Shown here one piece after another: positions 35,993-45,306 of a stretch of 64,000 bases of DNA; positions within the stretch are counted from its first letter, which is position 1; each line of letters begins with the position of its first letter. Below the pieces are notes generated by a model. It was given only the letters and a program-made list of their open reading frames with translations. It searched no databases and was not told the origin of the DNA. The DNA is from a virus, in IMG/VR virus record IMGVR_UViG_3300035208_003482; one strand, given 5' to 3'. Both the position numbers and the translations under genes were made by a program.

Positions 35993-38410
35993 TTATGTCA
36001 TCGAAGCATATTTAAAGAAAGATTCGATAAAGTATTCTAGACTTGAAGTTACACCTCTTCGTTTTTCTTGTTGCCATCGTGCCCATTCTCCGGGTTGGAA
36101 CTTACGACTCGATCTTACAGACTCTTGTTTTACTAAGTCTTTAGTCTCTTCCCACATTTTTGGAATGGCTTGTATATGTTCTTCAAGAGCTTTAATAACT
36201 TCTTTATTAGCTCTTGGAGGATAACTCTTTATCTGATTTAATGCATCTGTTAACTTTGTAACTCTATCATCAAGTCTTAGTTTAATAAAATCTTCAAGTA
36301 TAGAATCTGGAAGCCATGAGTGTTCAACAGATCTCCACATTTTCATAAGAGTGTTGATATGTTTTTGTCTAAGTGTTTTGATCTTTTCACGAGGATTTCC
36401 TTTTGAAAGACCAATATCTTTCCAACCATTTGTTTCTTCAATAATAGCATTACGATCAGGATTCTTTATTCTTCTCTTCTCTTGCGCAGGATCTCTTCTA
36501 GCTTGAAACTCTTCTTCGGTTTCCATTCGGCGTTCTTCGCCACGACCACGCATAGCCGGCTCTTTCATTGCCGAGTATCTAGCTCTTTGCCCATAATAAC
36601 CAGCAATGTCACCGTGGAACCTTACCAGATCCATATACTTTCGTCTAGCTTTATCCTCAATTTCTTTATTTCGTATGCGCTTTTTTTGTGGTAGGTTCTT
36701 CTCTTCCTCTGTCAGAGGTTTCTTTGTTGGGTCTTGAACCGTTAATCCAAGATCAAAAGCTTCAGCAGATGCTATTGGATCTGTCTGATCCACTTGCTCA
36801 ATACCAAACGTTTCAGAGTATTCATTTACTATTGCTGTTGCAATATAAACAACCTTAAAGATGTTTCCATTATCATAAGCTTTTAGTTTGATATCTTGTG
36901 GTGTTGAAGATATCTTACCGCTAAGAGCAATTGTTTTATTGTATACTTCCTGAATTTTATCTTGCAGCTCAATTGGCATTTCTTGCTGCTTCTTTATTCT
37001 ATCTTCCCAATCAGCACCAATATTTAACAAGTTGTAAGCTAGCTCTGCAAACTCTGTTATCTGCTGAGTTAGTGTTGTTTTGTATTCATCTGGAACACCT
37101 TCAAGCTCGTTTGATACAAACTCTTCATCAGAGATATCTTTAAGTTCATCTTTGATATCTTCTTCAGATTCGGAATCAGGATCAATTCCATCATAGAATG
37201 TATCTTTCTTGGTTTGATCTCTTTGCATCAAACCAATGATGTACTGTTGAGCATCTTCATAAGAATCACCACCAAGCATAGCTTTAGCAAACATTGCTCT
37301 AAATGTTGCTTGGTCTCCTGGACTGAACTTAGAACCGTTCTTTTCAACAGTTTCCACAATACCATTCCAATCTTCTTGAGCTTGCTCTTCTGCTTGCTGA
37401 GCAGTTACACCTTCATTTCTCATGATATCGATTGAACGATTCTGGGTGAATATGACATTCTCTCCATGGAATTTAGATGAACGTCTCTGTAATGGTCTAG
37501 GTTTTGGACCATCAACCTGGCGAACTATTTGTTCATTTACTTTCTCTTGGAACTTAGGATCTAAGTTAGCTGATTGTTCGCTATAGAATTCTTTGACTGT
37601 GTTTGCTGCCTGAACTATCTGTTCTTTGTTCTTACCAAAAGAATCTTGATTTCTAAGTAGTGCTTCAATGGAACCAATGATAAAGCCTAAAGCATTTGCC
37701 AGCATCTTCTGGCTTCTGTTTTGCCTGCTCGCTGCAAGTAGATTGGTTACATTGTCAATAGCATTAGTAAGCCCATCAAACAATGTTCCTTTAAGTGATA
37801 GAAGATACGACTTAGCTGTATTGAAATCAGATAAGTCTGCTGGCGGCTTTATCTCTGGAACCGCTGGAGGTGCAACAACACTCTTTGGTTCTGGTGTAAC
37901 TTTTGGTTCTGGTTTAACAACTGTTGGAGTTCCAGGAAAGTCGAGTAATTCAAACTCTTCAAATCCAGGAAGGTCATCTTCGGGCTCCTGTTCTTCAGCT
38001 TTCTGCTGGAACATACTCGGAAGTTTCCATGATGGGTCATACCATGCAGGAGTTTCTTCGAGGAAGCTAAAGTTTTGAGGTTTTTCTTCAGGCTCTTCAG
38101 TTAGAAATTCAAAGCTTGGTTGAACCGCAGCGGGAACTGGTGCGGGTTTAGCAGGAGCCGCTGGCTCCAGTTCCTCGATAAAGGAAAAGCTTTCTGGAGT
38201 TTCTTCAAATTCAAAACCTGGCTTAGGTTGAGCTTGTGGTGGTTTTGATGTTGGAATATAGTCAGCCCAATCATCGCCATCCTCTGTCTCTTCAAATTGT
38301 AAAGAAGACGCAGGTTCTTGCTCAGAAGGATCCTTCTGCAATTCATGTGGTGGTTTACTTGGCGCTAGACCAAGAAGATCCCAAAATTCTTCGCTGAACT
38401 TATCTAGCAT
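35993..38410 (-). CDS. Large acidic protein with an N-terminal array of F-x-F-x-E-E type short motifs (probable ATG start at 38410)
   Basis: 'PGFEFEETPESFSFIEE', 'PSFEFLTEEPEE', 'NFSFLEETPAW', 'PGFEEFELLDFPGTP'. The ORF-track start at 38437 is a non-ATG codon. Confidence 0.3.
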   Translation of the reverse strand: MLDKFSEEFWDLLGLAPSKPPHELQKDPSEQEPASSLQFEETEDGDDWADYIPTSKPPQAQPKPGFEFEETPESFSFIEELEPAAPAKPAPVPAAVQPSFEFLTEEPEEKPQNFSFLEETPAWYDPSWKLPSMFQQKAEEQEPEDDLPGFEEFELLDFPGTPTVVKPEPKVTPEPKSVVAPPAVPEIKPPADLSDFNTAKSYLLSLKGTLFDGLTNAIDNVTNLLAASRQNRSQKMLANALGFIIGSIEALLRNQDSFGKNKEQIVQAANTVKEFYSEQSANLDPKFQEKVNEQIVRQVDGPKPRPLQRRSSKFHGENVIFTQNRSIDIMRNEGVTAQQAEEQAQEDWNGIVETVEKNGSKFSPGDQATFRAMFAKAMLGGDSYEDAQQYIIGLMQRDQTKKDTFYDGIDPDSESEEDIKDELKDISDEEFVSNELEGVPDEYKTTLTQQITEFAELAYNLLNIGADWEDRIKKQQEMPIELQDKIQEVYNKTIALSGKISSTPQDIKLKAYDNGNIFKVVYIATAIVNEYSETFGIEQVDQTDPIASAEAFDLGLTVQDPTKKPLTEEEKNLPQKKRIRNKEIEDKARRKYMDLVRFHGDIAGYYGQRARYSAMKEPAMRGRGEERRMETEEEFQARRDPAQEKRRIKNPDRNAIIEETNGWKDIGLSKGNPREKIKTLRQKHINTLMKMWRSVEHSWLPDSILEDFIKLRLDDRVTKLTDALNQIKSYPPRANKEVIKALEEHIQAIPKMWEETKDLVKQESVRSSRKFQPGEWARWQQEKRRGVTSSLEYFIESFFKYASMT

Positions 38411-38485
38411 GTATCTATACTGAAAAATGCGTAACACAACATATTTTTACAAAAACCTATCAATTTTGTAGGATACTTATAAGTT

Positions 38486-39682
38486 ATGTCGTTCAAAGCG
38501 TTTCGATACAGAATCTATCCATCAAAAGAACAAGAAGCTTTTCTTGCTAAATCTTTTGGCTGCAATCGCTTTGTCTTTAATTTCTTCCTCAATAGAAGAA
38601 AACAAGAATATACTAATTCTAAAAACAACTTGAATTATTATGATCTTGCTAAAGAACTTACTCAACTAAAACAACGACAAGAATTTTCTTGGCTTAATGA
38701 TGTTAATTCTCAGATGTTGCAAAGCTCTCTTCGTAACATCGAAACTGCTTATACCAAATTCTTTACCAAACAGAATAAGTTTCCTAGATTCAAAAGCAAG
38801 AAGAATGAACAATGCTTTAAAATTCCACAAGCATTCTCTATAGAAGATGGTTTACTTTGGATACCTAAACTAAAATCCGGAATCAAAATTCGTCTTCATT
38901 CTCCTATTGGTGGTAAATTTGTATCTTGTTGTATTCGTAAAACTTGTTCTGGAAAGTATTATGCAAGTATTCAAACAGAACTTGAAATTGCTAAACTTCC
39001 ATTAAGTAATAATAAGGTTGGTTTAGATCTTGGAATCAAACATCTTATTACTGATTCAAATGGTAACAAGATTGATAATCTAAAAGCTTACAAATCCAAA
39101 CAAAAGAAATTAGCTTATAGAAGCAAACAACTGAGTAAGAAACAAAAAGGATCTTCAAATAGAAATAAAGCAAGAATATTGCTTGCTTTGATTCATGAAA
39201 AGATTTCAAACATAAGAAAAGATTACTTACACAAATTAAGTCATAAGATAGTTAGCGATAACCAAGTTATTATCTGTGAAGATTTAAGTGTAATCAAAAT
39301 GATGAAGAATCATAATCTTTCTAAGAGTATTGTAGATGCTTCTTGGGGAGAGTTGTTAAGGCAACTTGAATACAAATCAGAATGGTATGGAAGAACGTTT
39401 TATAAGATTGATAAATACTTTCCATCAAGTAAGATGTGTAATCAATGTAATTATGTTCTTCAAGATATGGAGCTTAAGGTTAGAGAATGGGAATGTCCAA
39501 AATGTCATGCAAAGCATGATAGGGACAAGAATGCAGCCAATAATATATTGGAACAAGGCTTAAAAGATTTGGGTTTATGGAACGTAATCCCAGAGAAGAA
39601 TTCTGAAAAGGATTCTTTGAAACAAAAACTTGGGGAGGCGCTATCAGTTGATAGGTCTGAGAACCAAGAAACTATTGCTTAA
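38486..39682 (+). CDS. tnpB: TnpB (IS200/IS605 OrfB-type RNA-guided endonuclease)
   Basis: 'MSFKAFRYRIYPS...FGCNRFVFN', 'DLGIKHL', 'ICEDLSV', 'CNQCN...CPKCHAKHDRDKNAANNI'. Confidence 0.8.
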   Translation: MSFKAFRYRIYPSKEQEAFLAKSFGCNRFVFNFFLNRRKQEYTNSKNNLNYYDLAKELTQLKQRQEFSWLNDVNSQMLQSSLRNIETAYTKFFTKQNKFPRFKSKKNEQCFKIPQAFSIEDGLLWIPKLKSGIKIRLHSPIGGKFVSCCIRKTCSGKYYASIQTELEIAKLPLSNNKVGLDLGIKHLITDSNGNKIDNLKAYKSKQKKLAYRSKQLSKKQKGSSNRNKARILLALIHEKISNIRKDYLHKLSHKIVSDNQVIICEDLSVIKMMKNHNLSKSIVDASWGELLRQLEYKSEWYGRTFYKIDKYFPSSKMCNQCNYVLQDMELKVREWECPKCHAKHDRDKNAANNILEQGLKDLGLWNVIPEKNSEKDSLKQKLGEALSVDRSENQETIA

Positions 39683-39718
39683 AGCATTGGTAGTTCACAC
39701 TGAAAATTGCCTACTTAC
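39520..39718 (+). ncRNA. Candidate omega-RNA for the second TnpB (scaffold ends 'GGTAGTTCAC' at 39689-39698; guide about 39699-39718)
   Basis: '...GCTTAAAGCATTGGTAGTTCAC|ACTGAAAATTGCCTACTTAC'. The guide overlaps the 3' end of the converging phosphatase gene. Boundaries are approximate. Confidence 0.4.
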
Positions 39719-40442
39719 GTTCAATCAATATCAAGTCAGTTAGAGACCCTTGTGATACAATTTGCCCGGTTAAAATGCCGGTATCGTAACATTTTGTATC
39801 AAGATTGCACGAATGTTTGTAGAATTTTGGAACCCCATCAGCCTGGGAATCATGTCCAGAGATGATGTATCCAAACCTGCCATCATACCGTTCGTGCCAC
39901 AGAGTGCCAGGCTTTTCGGCTTTGAGCTTTTTACAGCCATCTATTTCAGTCCAAACTAATGGAATGGGTCGATCTTTCTCGCCCAGCGTCCTAACATACA
40001 TCACCTCGGTATTGTTGGAGACATTACTCCAGGTATGTTTAGGGGTTACTCCGGCGTGAACTACGGTAATCCTATTGTTGTTTGAAAACACAAAACTGAG
40101 AATCAGAGGAAGTTGGGCGCACCACTCTAGCTCTGGACTCAGTTTCTTTTTGTCATCAGTGGTTCGTTTAATGATTCTTTGCTCATGGTTGCCTCGTACC
40201 ATGTAAGCCCAACCGTTTTCAACTAAACCACGAATTCTATTAATGATTCGCTCAGCTACATGATGTCCTTCCCCTTTGTCATAGACATCACCCAAGCAAA
40301 CCAAAATGCGCTTTGTACCAACCTCAGCGCGCTCTATAAGTTGTTCAAAATGCCATTCATTCTCGTGAATGTCACCAACAACAACTAGTTCTTGACTTTT
40401 CGGTATCTTAATTGTATGAATCATTACACCTATATATGCCAA
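39711..40442 (-). CDS. Metallophosphoesterase (PP2A-like Ser/Thr phosphatase)
   Basis: 'VVGDIHE', 'LGDVYDKG', 'RGNHE'. Confidence 0.6.
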   Translation of the reverse strand: MAYIGVMIHTIKIPKSQELVVVGDIHENEWHFEQLIERAEVGTKRILVCLGDVYDKGEGHHVAERIINRIRGLVENGWAYMVRGNHEQRIIKRTTDDKKKLSPELEWCAQLPLILSFVFSNNNRITVVHAGVTPKHTWSNVSNNTEVMYVRTLGEKDRPIPLVWTEIDGCKKLKAEKPGTLWHERYDGRFGYIISGHDSQADGVPKFYKHSCNLDTKCYDTGILTGQIVSQGSLTDLILIERK

Positions 40443-40454
40443 TATAATTAGGTG

Positions 40455-41024
40455 TCACCTTCCGTAACCAAGCCACTCAGTAAATTCAGCAGCTAATTTT
40501 TCATCAGCATTTGTCTTCTGAGCCCAAGAACCTGGATGGTTATCATACACTCCATAGAACATAGACATAGAGTGAAACATTTCATGAACAAATGTTACCA
40601 TAAACTCAGAGTCCCGAGCTGATGTAATGAAAGCCCAATGATCATTACGGGAAGTGTACCCAATAACCGCACCACCAACGAACCTGTTATTGAATCTGAA
40701 TTTCTCATCATTGAGACATCTGTAACAGGTAGCCTCAGGTAGAAACGAAATGTTCCAATCGAAAGTATTATAATGACTTACTCTTAGACCTTTAGCTTTA
40801 ATGTACTGAAAGAAGTTAGAGTAAGCATGAGTACACATATCATTGAGTTGAGCATAGTTCTGAGACGAACCACGTACCTCTCTAACCACCGCACCACAAT
40901 CCAGTGTCACTGGATTTCTAAGAAGTTCATTTTGGAGAGGTGTCGGATGCCCAACCATTCTGTCAGCTAGTGCTACATTGGTAATGAATAGAACTGAAAG
41001 AATAATTGAGAATAGACGGGACAT
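40455..41024 (-). CDS. Secreted HExxH zinc-metallopeptidase-like protein
   Basis: Signal peptide 'MSRLFSIILSVLFITNVALA'. 'VHEMFHSM' HExxH motif. Confidence 0.4.
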   Translation of the reverse strand: MSRLFSIILSVLFITNVALADRMVGHPTPLQNELLRNPVTLDCGAVVREVRGSSQNYAQLNDMCTHAYSNFFQYIKAKGLRVSHYNTFDWNISFLPEATCYRCLNDEKFRFNNRFVGGAVIGYTSRNDHWAFITSARDSEFMVTFVHEMFHSMSMFYGVYDNHPGSWAQKTNADEKLAAEFTEWLGYGR

Positions 41025-41027
41025 GGT

Positions 41028-41567
41028 TTACTCCGGTTCAGGATCTAGGAGCTTCTGTCGATTGTTTTCAATTGCTTGTTGCAATGCGGTCGCTGAATTG
41101 ATTTGGATGCCACCCTTCTCTTCTAGGTGTGCGCAGAAAGCGCACAGTCCAAAAAGAATCTCTCCCATTGCTTTATGAAGTTCTTCATGGCTTTCTCCGT
41201 CTGCTAGGTCTTCCAAAGAGTTTCTAATTCCTCGAATGATCTTTTTTCGATCTAGGTCAGAATAACTCTTAGCTACGGACTCAGCCTCATTCCAGATTGT
41301 CTCGAAGTGCATCCAACTTTCTCCCTGAGGATATCCTGAAGATGAAGCTTCGTCAAGAACTATTTTCTGTTCGACAACTTCATCTGCGGAATCTTCATCT
41401 TTCGGTTTTTCGTTTAAACCATATGGGTCTCGGCAGTATGGGCAGGTGTACTGAGTGTCGTCCGGCTGGCCATCCCAATCCGAGGTGTCGGGAAGCTCGT
41501 GCCGCCAGACCCAACCAGCACCACCACATACATTACAATCTTTATTCTCCATATTCCTTGACTGCAT
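41028..41567 (-). CDS. Hypothetical Cys-rich protein
   Basis: 'CNVCGGAG...CPYC'. Confidence 0.25.
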   Translation of the reverse strand: MQSRNMENKDCNVCGGAGWVWRHELPDTSDWDGQPDDTQYTCPYCRDPYGLNEKPKDEDSADEVVEQKIVLDEASSSGYPQGESWMHFETIWNEAESVAKSYSDLDRKKIIRGIRNSLEDLADGESHEELHKAMGEILFGLCAFCAHLEEKGGIQINSATALQQAIENNRQKLLDPEPE

Positions 41568-42231
41568 TGACTATATCAGCAAGTGGAGCCATTGCTCCCT
41601 TACCAAGTACTCCGCAAGCAAGTTTGGATTCTACTGGCTCAACGATGCATAATCTTTGTGTGAAAATCACTGGTTTCTCTCTAACAGAGTTACCAATAGT
41701 TATAGGTTGGTAATCTATAGATTCATATGATTTCTGTGGACCTGATAACTCTTCGTCTTTTTTAGCTAGTCTTGAGAATGAATGACGCGTCCTAAGCTCT
41801 TTCAAATGTTTATCGGTCAAAGGATTGTTCAACATATCTGTATTCATTGCAGGGGCCACAACGATGTTTTTATCACTTGGCCATGCATAGTACAAAGATG
41901 TTAGGAGATTATCACAGATTCCAACAGCCATCTTTGTAAGAGTGTTTGCTGAAAGTGGAGCGATTACCAAGACATCGGCCCAGTCTTTAAGGTCGATATG
42001 AAGAACTTGGTCACCGATTTTCTTCCAAGACCACTCATTAGAATCACTATACACCTCTCCACTAGAAGCTATATGGAGTAAGTCTTTGTTCTCAGCTAGA
42101 GCTGTGGATGCGAAGTACGCGCCCTTGTCTGTTAAGATTCCTTTAACGGTACCAACATCTTGAAGAGCTTTGAACAAGCGCCAGTATTTGATTGCAGCAA
42201 CACTTCCAGTTCCTGCCAGAAGAATATTCAT
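41542..42231 (-). CDS. coaC: Phosphopantothenoylcysteine decarboxylase-like flavoprotein (CoaC domain)
   Basis: 'ILLAGTGSVAAIK', 'VLVIAPLSANTLTKMAVGICDNLLT', 'PAMNTDMLNNP'. Confidence 0.65.
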   Translation of the reverse strand: MNILLAGTGSVAAIKYWRLFKALQDVGTVKGILTDKGAYFASTALAENKDLLHIASSGEVYSDSNEWSWKKIGDQVLHIDLKDWADVLVIAPLSANTLTKMAVGICDNLLTSLYYAWPSDKNIVVAPAMNTDMLNNPLTDKHLKELRTRHSFSRLAKKDEELSGPQKSYESIDYQPITIGNSVREKPVIFTQRLCIVEPVESKLACGVLGKGAMAPLADIVNAVKEYGE

Positions 42232-42237
42232 ATACCC

Positions 42238-42486
42238 TCATTTAAACAGTGTTACGTATATCCCAGCCAGTAATGTTAGTACCTGAAAAACAGCCGGAAC
42301 TTTAACATTACCTGAATTGACATCTCTATGTTCAACTGAAATGTTACCAATAATAGCTCCAATACCAAATATAAAGCTTGTAAAGAACCACGATCTGTGA
42401 GTGTTAAAACGCATCAGGAATACAACGTTCATCACCTGAATACTTACAGACCACACGAAAGCCAGTATCAATTGTAGATGCTTCAT
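42238..42486 (-). CDS. Small membrane protein (2 TM helices)
   Basis: Hydrophobic segments. Confidence 0.3.
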   Translation of the reverse strand: MKHLQLILAFVWSVSIQVMNVVFLMRFNTHRSWFFTSFIFGIGAIIGNISVEHRDVNSGNVKVPAVFQVLTLLAGIYVTLFK

Positions 42487-42511
42487 TGTTCCTCAAAAGC
42501 CACATAGAAAA

Positions 42512-42973
42512 ATGGCCCATAGTATCCGTCTGTTAATAAATAGATTGTATGATGCTAAAATCAGAAAGATAAATGATTATCAGCATAAAGTCTCGAAGAG
42601 ACTTGGTTCAACATATGATACAATCTATGCAGAAGATCTTTCTGTCAAAACAATGTCAGAAAGTAAGTTCAAGAACCTAAATAAAGCATTACGAAATGCT
42701 AAACTGTCGCAATTCTTATTATTCTTAGGATATAAGAGTAAGAAATTAGTACTAGTAAATCCAAAGAATACATCAAAAACATGTAATACATGTGGAAAGG
42801 TACATGATATAAAGTTATCAGATAGGATAATATCGTGTAGTTGTGGGAGTGTATATGATAGAGATGAGAATGCGGCAAGAAATATTTATTGCTTGGGACA
42901 AGCTATTGAGGATAATCCTCAATATGTTGGATCGTTAACGATCCAAGAAGCCCTTGCCTTTAGGCATGGGTAG
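42512..42973 (+). pseudogene. N-terminally truncated TnpB remnant (RuvC-II, Zn finger and RuvC-III only) retaining the conserved 3' end and omega-RNA terminus
   Basis: 'YAEDLSVK', 'CNTCGK...CSCGSVYDRDENAARNI'. Lacks the RuvC-I Asp and the N-terminal half. Ends 'GGGTAGTTCAC' at 42969-42978. Confidence 0.6.
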
Positions 42974-43094
42974 TTCACTATAGTCTAGGTACCTAACTTT
43001 GGATGCATGTTCTCCAGAAAGAATATATGTTCTACCAAAGTAAGTACCTACACCAGATGGTACGTCTTCTATAAACGTAAACAGATTTGGCTGC

Positions 43095-43820
43095 TTACGA
43101 TTTAGTGACGGTTTTAGATCTATCATACTTCTCTTGGACAAGCTTCAAAAGATTAGCTGGAAGGTCGGCTCTTGTAGATTCAACAAGCAACCCATCGCCA
43201 CAGATGTACATGTTAGGACTTGGTTGGTTGAAATCATCCAACACATTAGCTACGATGAAGTCAGCGGAAGATACAGTACGAGACTTCCGAGCAATCTCTA
43301 GAAGCTCTTCTTTGGTAATTCCAACCTGAAGTTTAAACTTGACTAATACTCCATTGAAACCCCAAGGCTCTCGGATATAGTCAACAAGCTTCGGAGTCTG
43401 AATGCATTTGATGTAGATCTCTGGATATTCAGATGAAACCTTTGCAGCCTTAATAGAATGCAAACCTTTGTTGTAATAATCGTGAGGTTCGGGAGCGAGA
43501 ACATCCACTGGTCTATAATCGCTCACAGCTGCTGAATGAATGATGACATCATAGTTACCAGAAGTAATTTCTTCTTTCATTCTGGCTTCTAGTTCATCAA
43601 ACGTTTTGTACGTAATAAGATTAAGCTTACGCTCCCTATCAATCATACTAGGCGCTTGAAGCATTTCGTTCGAGCTTGGGTTACCAATGAGTGTAACTTC
43701 ATTGTCCTGTGCCGCTTCCCAAGCAATGGATGTTCCAGTTTTACCCTTGAAGATGTTCGAGATTGTACGAACATGATCGATAGGCATCTGCGTTGAACCT
43801 GCTGTTACTAGGATTTTCAT
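43095..43820 (-). CDS. coaB: Phosphopantothenate-cysteine ligase-like (CoaB domain)
   Basis: 'KILVTAGSTQMPIDHVRTISNIFKGKTG' resembles the CoaB 'VTAGPTxEPIDPVRxISNxSSGKMG' signature. Confidence 0.6.
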   Translation of the reverse strand: MKILVTAGSTQMPIDHVRTISNIFKGKTGTSIAWEAAQDNEVTLIGNPSSNEMLQAPSMIDRERKLNLITYKTFDELEARMKEEITSGNYDVIIHSAAVSDYRPVDVLAPEPHDYYNKGLHSIKAAKVSSEYPEIYIKCIQTPKLVDYIREPWGFNGVLVKFKLQVGITKEELLEIARKSRTVSSADFIVANVLDDFNQPSPNMYICGDGLLVESTRADLPANLLKLVQEKYDRSKTVTKS

Positions 43821-43828
43821 AATAACCT

Positions 43829-44293
43829 TTATTGATTACCCTGTGTCATTTTAATTTTCTCTAACAACTCTTCCACCGCGTAATACTCTGGCGAAATGAG
43901 GTGCGTTATTCCGTTGAACAAAAACATACCAGAACCAATTAAACATCCGGAAATCATAAATATTGATAAAAGTGTAAGACCACCATCACAAGGATCTCGA
44001 AATTTACCATCGTAACAATATGGCTTGACCAAAAGTTTGAAGTAAAACCATAGTATGATTAGGAGCGCTACACCGGCAATAGAGTAGAAAATCCCTTCAG
44101 CGATTTGCTGACGAACCAAACATTTCCAGGCATATAGCCCAATAGTTTTTAGTTCCGCTGCAATCTGCGGGGCGATAGTATCAACTCGCTTGATAAATTC
44201 AGTAGCAAACTTTTCAGCATCGGTAATGAGACGATCCATACCATTACCAAACTTATCGACAACGTTATTTACTACAGCTGCTGTTTCAGACAT
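43829..44293 (-). CDS. Membrane protein
   Basis: Multiple hydrophobic helices. Confidence 0.3.
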   Translation of the reverse strand: MSETAAVVNNVVDKFGNGMDRLITDAEKFATEFIKRVDTIAPQIAAELKTIGLYAWKCLVRQQIAEGIFYSIAGVALLIILWFYFKLLVKPYCYDGKFRDPCDGGLTLLSIFMISGCLIGSGMFLFNGITHLISPEYYAVEELLEKIKMTQGNQ

Positions 44294-44302
44294 GTTATTT
44301 CC

Positions 44303-44584
44303 TTATCTAATTCTCTTAGCAAATTCTTGTTTGAACAGTCTCAAGAACTCTGGTTGTTCACCAGTTCTCTCTAACATCTTGATGATATTATACATGTGAT
44401 TGTCAGTTATCTTAGACAATGGAATACATCGGCCTTCGGCGGTACGCCAAACAATCTCACCGATAAGTTTGTGATAGCACCATTGCTGAAGTATTCCAAG
44501 ATATCTAATCATGAAATACCCAAGACGCTGAGTTCTGTTTAGTGAACTCCAATCTTCTTTGGTAACCGCTTGTTTAGTATTCAT
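44303..44584 (-). CDS. Hypothetical protein
   Basis: ORF. Confidence 0.25.
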   Translation of the reverse strand: MNTKQAVTKEDWSSLNRTQRLGYFMIRYLGILQQWCYHKLIGEIVWRTAEGRCIPLSKITDNHMYNIIKMLERTGEQPEFLRLFKQEFAKRIR

Positions 44585-45306
44585 AGTTTGATCATTTCTG
44601 TTGTCCAGTCACCGCCACTACACGCTGGGCCATCTTTGGATTTTATCTTCCAAGCTCGCTCGTCATTTATAAGCATTGCGGTTGATCTTGTTTCCCACCT
44701 ATGTTCGCTGTCATGAACACAAACAGAATCCTCAGAACCAATTCCGCAGTCATGTGAACTCATAAGTTTCAACAATGTGTTTGGATTAACCGGCTGAGAA
44801 AAGTCTTTAATCTGTGCAAGAAGATTCTTGCGAATAAAGGTGTCTCTTGGAACTTTCTGGTTGAATCCAATACCAGTTGAGATATGAACTCCAGCCTTTA
44901 GTTTTGTGACAATCAACTCCTTATTATCACAACTAAGATTGTACAAATCATTTGCAGTTCCAGCAACCATATTAAATGGTTTATGCTCCCTAGCATCTAG
45001 TCCTGCCCAATACTCAACAACATCAATGATGTTTGTCTTCTTTAAAGACTCAAGAACCAAATGACCACGAGATTTAAGACCTCTTCCATGGAAGTTCTCA
45101 TCTAAATCCCAGTTGGTAATCGCACAAAAGATACCAGAGGTATTAGCTCCAATCCATGTTCCACCCAGAACATCCAATGGACAGTAAATAGAACTCTGCC
45201 TAATACTCCAAGGAGTACTAGGACGAGTTGGATTCTCATCCCTATTGGATGCAATTACCAAAGGTGTTTTTGTTTTTGGATAGAATGCTACAACCAAAGT
45301 ACACAT
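44581..45306 (-). CDS. NRDE/TANGO2-family (Ntn-hydrolase-like) protein
   Basis: N-terminal 'MCTLVVAF...IASNRDE'. Met-Cys start typical of the family. Confidence 0.45.
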   Translation of the reverse strand: MCTLVVAFYPKTKTPLVIASNRDENPTRPSTPWSIRQSSIYCPLDVLGGTWIGANTSGIFCAITNWDLDENFHGRGLKSRGHLVLESLKKTNIIDVVEYWAGLDAREHKPFNMVAGTANDLYNLSCDNKELIVTKLKAGVHISTGIGFNQKVPRDTFIRKNLLAQIKDFSQPVNPNTLLKLMSSHDCGIGSEDSVCVHDSEHRWETRSTAMLINDERAWKIKSKDGPACSGGDWTTEMIKL

